From: Acidimicrobiia bacterium
GTDB lineage: Bacteria; Actinomycetota; Acidimicrobiia; Acidimicrobiales; Aldehydirespiratoraceae
DNA: 31,338 nucleotides
Direction: 5' to 3'
Assembly (NCBI GenBank): GCA_022824605.1
Contig: JAJDZO010000028.1
Location: 1 to 31,338, forward strand
Part shown: piece after piece, positions 31,021 to 31,338 of the stretch
Position numbering within the stretch: the first letter of the stretch is position 1
How the letters are laid out: the number at the start of each line of letters is the position of its first letter
The notes under the pieces: model-generated
What the model was told of the DNA's origin: nothing
Databases searched by the model: none
The model's input: the letters and a program-made list of their open reading frames with translations, nothing else
Position numbers and translations under genes: made by a program

Positions 31021-31338
31021 GCGGGCCGCCGAAGCGCGTCGCTGGCTCCACTATGCGTCTGAAGACCTGGAGGTCGGGCAGCGGCTTCTCTCCCACTCTC
31101 CTCCGGCTCCGCGGCACGCCTGCTACCTGTTCCAGCAATCAGCGGAGAAGTCGCTGAAGGCCGCCCTGATATTGGACGGTGCTCGGATCCCGTTCACCCA
31201 CGACCTGGACGCCCTGCATGCCCTATGCCCGGCCCACTGGCGGATCCCAGAAGAGGCGGCAAGTCTCGCCGAACTGACCCAGTGGGAGGAGGGAGATCGC
31301 GGCGGATGGCGCAGGGAGCGGGGTGCGCTACGGAGCGA
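31007..31338 (+). CDS. HEPN-domain protein (partial, runs off window)
   Basis: W..YA.EDL, ACY..QQSAEKSLKA, PFTHDL; not in the supplied ORF track because no stop is reached. Confidence 0.88.
   Translation, partial: MGNDERAAEARRWLHYASEDLEVGQRLLSHSPPAPRHACYLFQQSAEKSLKAALILDGARIPFTHDLDALHALCPAHWRIPEEAASLAELTQWEEGDRGGWRRERGALRS

Overview
High-GC chromosomal window from an actinobacterium, probably class Acidimicrobiia (inferred from HspR, ClpS-DUF2017 and the Glu-Asp-Phe tRNA cluster). Order: grpE 3' end-dnaJ-hspR-clpB; purA-purB; a small basic hypothetical gene; ACT-domain malic enzyme; ilvD; a CYP124-like P450 bracketed by ~87-bp repeats beside tRNA-Phe/Asp/Glu; DUF2017-clpS-ctaA; a heme-copper oxidase locus (ctaB, three divergent subunit I/III/CtaF-like genes, then a complete caa3-type ctaCDE-IV-ctaG); OsmC-like plus flavoprotein; an orphan KamA-family radical SAM gene; serS; a methyltransferase; an MNT-HEPN pair cut by the window end. 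No CRISPR, rRNA, integrase or transposase was seen. Main points of interest: (1) a three-gene 'pseudo-oxidase' module whose subunit I paralog has lost five of six metal-ligand histidines; (2) ten micro-ORFs at seven operon junctions, each starting at or just after the upstream stop and running to the next start; (3) a dispersed GCGAAGC/GCGAGC repeat family that also contributes coding sequence; (4) a local strand-specific G-to-A synonymous shift next to the repeat array. All calls are by eye, without database searches.
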